DNA of 47,118 nucleotides from a virus (taxonomy: Duplodnaviria > Heunggongvirae > Uroviricota > Caudoviricetes): the IMG/VR virus record IMGVR_UViG_2634166512_000003. One strand, 5' to 3'. Within the stretch, counting starts at the first letter, position 1, and each line of letters begins with the position of its first letter. Shown here in pieces: positions 46,108 through 47,118 of this stretch. The notes beneath the pieces are model-generated. The model was given only the letters and a program-made list of their open reading frames with translations, was not told where the DNA came from and made no database searches. A program made the position numbers and the translations under genes.

Positions 46108-47118
46108 ATGGCAATAATATCGGGTGTATACGCAAATGGGGTCGGCGAGCCCGTTGTCGGCGTTCAGTTAGTATTAACAGCACGGGTCACGAGTTCACGC
46201 GTAGTAATGACCACTGTTGTAGAGCAAGAAACAGGCGCGGCGGGTGAGTACAAATTTGATATGAATCCCGGAGTTTACGTTGTCACTGCTAGTGCGGCAT
46301 ATCTCGGCGTGATTAACGTTAACCCGGACAGTGTTGACGGCACGTTAAACGACTATTTGACTAATTTTAGCGCAGACGAACTGACGCCAGCTGCGTTGGC
46401 GGAGATTCAAGAGCTAGTATCGGCTGCGAAAAATGCTGCAGCAGCAGCAGACGCCAGCGCCAGTGCGGCGCACACATCTGAAACTAACAGCGCGAACAGC
46501 GCAGCAGCAGCAGCAGCGGCAGCCGCCAGTCTTGACTCGTCAAAATTCGCAAAACTCGATAAGGAAAATGAATTTCTGGAAAAAAACAAATTCAAAAAAT
46601 TGGCGACATTTTTGTTGGGTGCCACGTTTGACTCACCGGCGACATTTAATAACAATATCCAGATAGGGAAAAATTCAGCAGGCAACACAAATACAGCATC
46701 ATGCTATACTGACTTTGATTTATACTTCGGTCGTTCTGTCCGAATTTATTCCACTACAGTTGACGGGGTCAAAAAAAACGGTCAATTAGCATTTTGGAGT
46801 CCCGGAGGAATATTTCCTGACGCATATATAGAACGCAAGGAAAATTCTTATTTGCAGATTTACGATCACAACGCCTCTAGCCTAAAAATTGACTTTCCCT
46901 ACGGTGCTGCAAATGGTCTGCAATACGTTGGGGCTGATAGGATTGCCCGATCAATATTTCATGATGGGCATCTCCCGCCCGCAGCAGCTGTAGTGAGTAA
47001 ACTACCCACAGGAGCAGAACCTAAGACCGCGTTTTACTTCATCAGCGGAGACGAAAAACTTTATTTTGCATACGGAAATAAAAAATATTATATACCCGTG
47101 ATCATTGATGATGATTGA
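46108..47118 (+). CDS. tail fibre protein (prophage tail-fibre N-terminal domain, Ala-rich linker, divergent C-terminal domain)
   Basis: N-terminus MAIISGVYANGVGEPVVGVQLVL typical of side tail fibres as recalled; poly-Ala tract encoded by GCA/GCG repeats; AT-rich C-terminal part. Confidence 0.6.
   Translation: MAIISGVYANGVGEPVVGVQLVLTARVTSSRVVMTTVVEQETGAAGEYKFDMNPGVYVVTASAAYLGVINVNPDSVDGTLNDYLTNFSADELTPAALAEIQELVSAAKNAAAAADASASAAHTSETNSANSAAAAAAAAASLDSSKFAKLDKENEFLEKNKFKKLATFLLGATFDSPATFNNNIQIGKNSAGNTNTASCYTDFDLYFGRSVRIYSTTVDGVKKNGQLAFWSPGGIFPDAYIERKENSYLQIYDHNASSLKIDFPYGAANGLQYVGADRIARSIFHDGHLPPAAAVVSKLPTGAEPKTAFYFISGDEKLYFAYGNKKYYIPVIIDDD

Noticed and set aside
1-47118. CRISPR arrays, rRNA genes or additional tRNA genes
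   Set aside because: No regularly spaced short direct repeats with unique spacers and no rRNA-like or further complete tRNA-like sequences were seen on reading the window.

Overview
This window reads as an Enterobacteriaceae (most likely Escherichia/Shigella-type) chromosomal segment: mtfA and a tRNA-Ser(CGA) gene, followed by a large mosaic prophage integrated next to the tRNA and running past the right edge of the window (more than 46 kb of prophage). All calls rest on reading the sequence and recalled family signatures; no database search or computation was run. Prophage order, left to right: integrase/excisionase (minus strand); a recombination module (Gp157-like protein plus a 740-aa protein with a Rad52/Sak-like C-terminal domain); an unusual ~1 kb ORF-poor stretch; a DicA-like repressor with divergent Cro/YdaS- and YdaT-like genes; a replication module (O-like initiator plus a DnaB-like helicase split by an IS66-family element with an 8-bp target duplication); a nin-like region with small genes and a KilA-N/ORF6N antirepressor-like gene; an AT-rich accessory island; YbcO-like and Q-like genes; a lysis cassette; lambda-like packaging and head genes (Nu1, A, W, B, C, D, E, FI); and a P2-like contractile tail (V, W, J, I, H, sheath, tube, E, T, U, X, D, second fibre). 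The best candidate for an undescribed system is the AT-rich island at about 15.8-19.5 kb, bracketed by ~70-bp direct repeats and carrying a T5orf172/GIY-YIG-like protein with uncharacterised partners, next to an ImmA-like metallopeptidase paired with a membrane-anchored protein. A second notable signal is a consensus-like LexA box directly upstream of a 59-aa ORF (22235..22414) that is below the ORF-track threshold. No CRISPR array or rRNA was seen.
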